NCBI GenBank assembly: GCA_963706285.1
Contig: CAVPLU010000012.1
Location: 32,001 to 96,000 of the forward strand
Origin: Candidatus Bathyarchaeota archaeon
GTDB taxonomy: Archaea; Thermoproteota; Bathyarchaeia; 40CM-2-53-6
DNA length: 64,000 nucleotides
Reading direction: 5' to 3'
Under the pieces are notes generated by a model that was given only the letters and a program-made list of their open reading frames with translations, was not told the DNA's origin and did not search any database. Below are positions 61,345 through 64,000 of the stretch, piece after piece. Positions within the stretch are counted from its first letter, which is position 1, and each line of letters starts with the position of its first letter. Made by a program: the position numbers and the translations under genes.

Positions 61345-62423
61345 GTGGCAGTGTCAACGAGGCGAGCTTCAAGTTATGCTCAAGTCTCAGCATCCGTTCG
61401 CGCGATGAAGGCGAAGATGTTTGGCGCGAACGGCTACGACCGTTTGCTGAGATGTTCGACTTCATCTGAGTGCATATCGATCCTGCAGGAAGAAGACTAT
61501 TTTGAGAGGTCAGTCAGCAACAGGCGAACTGTTGATCCAATTTCATGGCAGAGACTCTTCGATGCCAAGATGACGCAAGCTTGCAAAGAAGCTCGCCAGA
61601 CTGTCCCCGGATGATTGCGCACGACTGCTGGATGAGTATGCGAGCCAATATCGTCTCGAATCTCTGAAAAGTCTAGCTTGAGGATGATGGTCGCGCATGA
61701 AATTGAAGGACTACAGTCAGATACCTGCGCGGTGATCTGAAAGATGACTCTCTTCGTAGCGCCGTGGAAACGCGGAACGTAGAACGACTAGTCCAAGCTT
61801 GCCGGGTGCTCTACCTCTCTATGGCGAGATTTCTTCTGCTTTGGCAGAGAAGAAGCCTCTGCCTTTCATCGAGGCGATCGTCGACAAGCACGCTGCTTCA
61901 CACGCATTGGGACGCTACCGATATGCGCGATTGGATGGACAAGCAGTCTGTTCAAGGAGTTGGTTGGTGAGCAAATTGACTGAACCAATCTCCTCCTCAT
62001 AGCTCGATCGAAAACGCTCGGGATCTCGAATGATGATCTTCAGCAGATGCTGGTACCCGTGAACTATCGCATTGGTGGAGCGCATCGTGGAAGCGATCAA
62101 TGCGGGATCCACGACCAACGCCTTGAGAGCCTTTCTCAAAGACAGCCTACGCTAGCTCAGTGGAGAGATTCCTTGATACCTTCAAGGAGGGTGACTCGCT
62201 TTACCCGCTAGACGTGCTGCTTCGAAGACAACACGCAACCAGTTGCCTGTCGGCCTTTACCGGCTTCCCGTTCTGCGCTGGATTGCCGCTTGCGTTCGCA
62301 TATCTCATGAACTACGAAGCATCAGATGTACAATCGATAGTGTTCGGCAAACGTGATGGCCTCGCGACTGGAAAGGATCGAGCAGTTTCTCATTCTCCAG
62401 AAAGTGTTATAATAGACTCGTGA
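61345..62423 (+). CDS. A/V-type ATP synthase subunit C (multiple indels)
   Basis: YAQVSASVRAMKAKM start; LAFAYLMNYEASDVQSIVFGK end. Confidence 0.75.
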
Positions 62424-62439
62424 GGTATCCCGTCAGCTC

Positions 62440-62796
62440 GTGATCTCAGTGCCGTCCAAGTCGAGACGAATGCTGCTTGCAGCTCTTCTGATGCTGATCG
62501 GAGTAGCTACCATTATCGCTCATGGCTGCAGTATCGTATTCTCAGCCAGACCTCACCCCAGCAACAAGTACCCGGCATCCCTGAGAAAGGACTCTTTCTG
62601 GTCGGTGCAGGAATTGCAGCAGGTCTCGCAGCGTTAGGAGCTGGCGTAGGCCTTGGAACCGCAAGCGCTGCAGCAATAGGAGCGATCGCTGAGAAAGCTG
62701 AGTTGTTCGGCAGAACTCTTCTCTACATCGTGCTGATTGAAGCCATCGCGATCTACGGACTCGCCATGTTCTTCATCATATTCAGCTTGCTGTTAG
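62440..62796 (+). CDS. A/V-type ATP synthase proteolipid subunit K/c (indels)
   Basis: GAGIAAGLAALGAGVGLG..AAAIGAIAEK.ELFGRTLLYIVLIEAIAIYGL. Confidence 0.88.
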
Positions 62797-62843
62797 ATCT
62801 GAGGCAAGCGAAACGATATACGGTGATCCAATTTCGAGCACGT

Positions 62844-64000
62844 CTAGTGTGAGTGTTGCGCTGGATATCCAAAGGGCTTGAACGCGTACGCCTGAATCCA
62901 CGCGTAGAATTTCAAGAACCATTCGACCCAGTGAAGCCTTAGATCCTGAAGGAAAACGAACGCCGTTTCCAGGATCAGGATCATCATGAATGTCAGTACG
63001 AGCGAATATGGGAGCACCAATGTAGATGGGCGTCCCGAAGAGGATGCCAAGAAATAGGATGACTAAACACATCATGTATCATCTTCATCGCCATTATTCG
63101 AATGTAAGAGATCGTGTGCGAGATCGAGGCAAACATGGATTCCATCCAGTCACCAATTCCCTCGAATGGCCCTGCGATTCGAACTTTGCGCAGCTAACAT
63201 CAGTGCAGAAGGCAATGCCCAGCAATCCAAGGACCAGAAGGAAGGTTCGACAAGAACATAGGATATCAGACCGAAACCATGCGCAAGAATAAGATAGCCA
63301 AGTGTCACGTAGAACCAAAGCCAGAGACCTGGGCCGCCGATCAATTCACCGTATTCCTTGATTCTTGACTTTGTTCACGATATCCAGCACTAGCCCAGAC
63401 GATACGTGCACAATTCCGATGATGATCGACACTTTGACGAAGCGTTATTGGATGTTTGAAAGGATCAAACCAGAGCGGACCGCTCAGCCCTGTCAGTTCG
63501 ACGGAACCATTCTTCGCTTCCCATGAAGCTCCCATACAGAAAACCGAAGACTATCGCCGCAAGCACCTCCCAATATCAGCAAACCGGATCCGTCGAGTAT
63601 CATGTTGAATAGGCCACCGAGACCGGCGAATGCTCTGCTCCTGGAAACCGCGTTCCTTTCTTCTTTGCATAGAATAGTCCGGATCGAAAGCAAGACGAAG
63701 AGCAGCCCGTGCCCGACGTCTCCGAACATCAATCCAAAGAATAGCGGGTAGGTTACAATCCAGAGAATGGTAGGATCCAGTTCCGTGCTCGCAGGAGTCC
63801 CAAAACCTACGGTTAGCCGCTGGAAAGAGCCCTGTTCCGCGAGGGTTTCGAAGTAGCGTCGGGCTGCCTTGCCCGACCAGTCCTGCACTACGCAGTGACC
63901 GTCGGAGACTTCGTCTAGTGCGCTCGAAGCTCCTCGAATTCGGTTCGCGGGCAACCATCCTTCGAGCACGTAGGTTGATCCAGTCTTTCCGCAGACGTCC
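62844..64000 (-). CDS. A/V-type ATP synthase subunit I/a, partial (multiple indels)
   Basis: EGWLP, ELDPT....TYPLFFGLMFGDVGHG, LQDLRLHWVEWFLKFY..FKPF. Confidence 0.9.

Noticed and set aside
235-63958. Numerous short antisense or overlapping ORFs in the track
   Set aside because: They are shadows of well-supported genes and have no motifs.
4462-64000. Many frameshifts (rps8, rpl30, meaB, mutase 2, thrS, cdvA, surface protein, cyoE, GGR, ATPase genes) as programmed frameshifts, pseudogenes or further introns
   Set aside because: Those inspected resolve by a single-base correction, hit essential genes and cluster toward the window ends, consistent with long-read errors. No BHB was seen at them, unlike the 19-nt insert at 17929. 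In-frame introns elsewhere cannot be excluded by eye.

Overview
Archaeal chromosomal segment of a TACK lineage, most consistent with Bathyarchaeia (eS26, CdvABC/ESCRT-III, TBP, Alba, archaeal ThrRS/ProRS/ArgRS, PGF/PEF-CTERM surface proteins). It carries many single-base insertions typical of an unpolished long-read assembly. Contents: a decayed SWIM/DDE transposase island, a reduced r-protein operon (uL2-uS8-uL18-uL30), a B12 acyl-CoA mutase/thiolase cluster, a Cdv cell-division operon, surface proteins, an ABC exporter, MoeB/ThiI-like genes, pncB, heme O synthase, GGR, nuoN and part of the A/V-ATPase. The main discovery concerns bulge-helix-bulge (BHB) splicing. (1) A 19-nt BHB intron (17929-17947) lies inside a protein-coding gene and splits the Asp codon of the DxHxxG cobalamin-binding motif of the mutase small subunit. 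(2) Both tRNA genes have introns at unusual positions (9/10 in Arg-CCG, 8/9 in Cys-GCA). (3) Each tRNA is preceded by an exact 7-nt copy of its own acceptor-stem 5' strand, a possible folding decoy that would let the BHB form.
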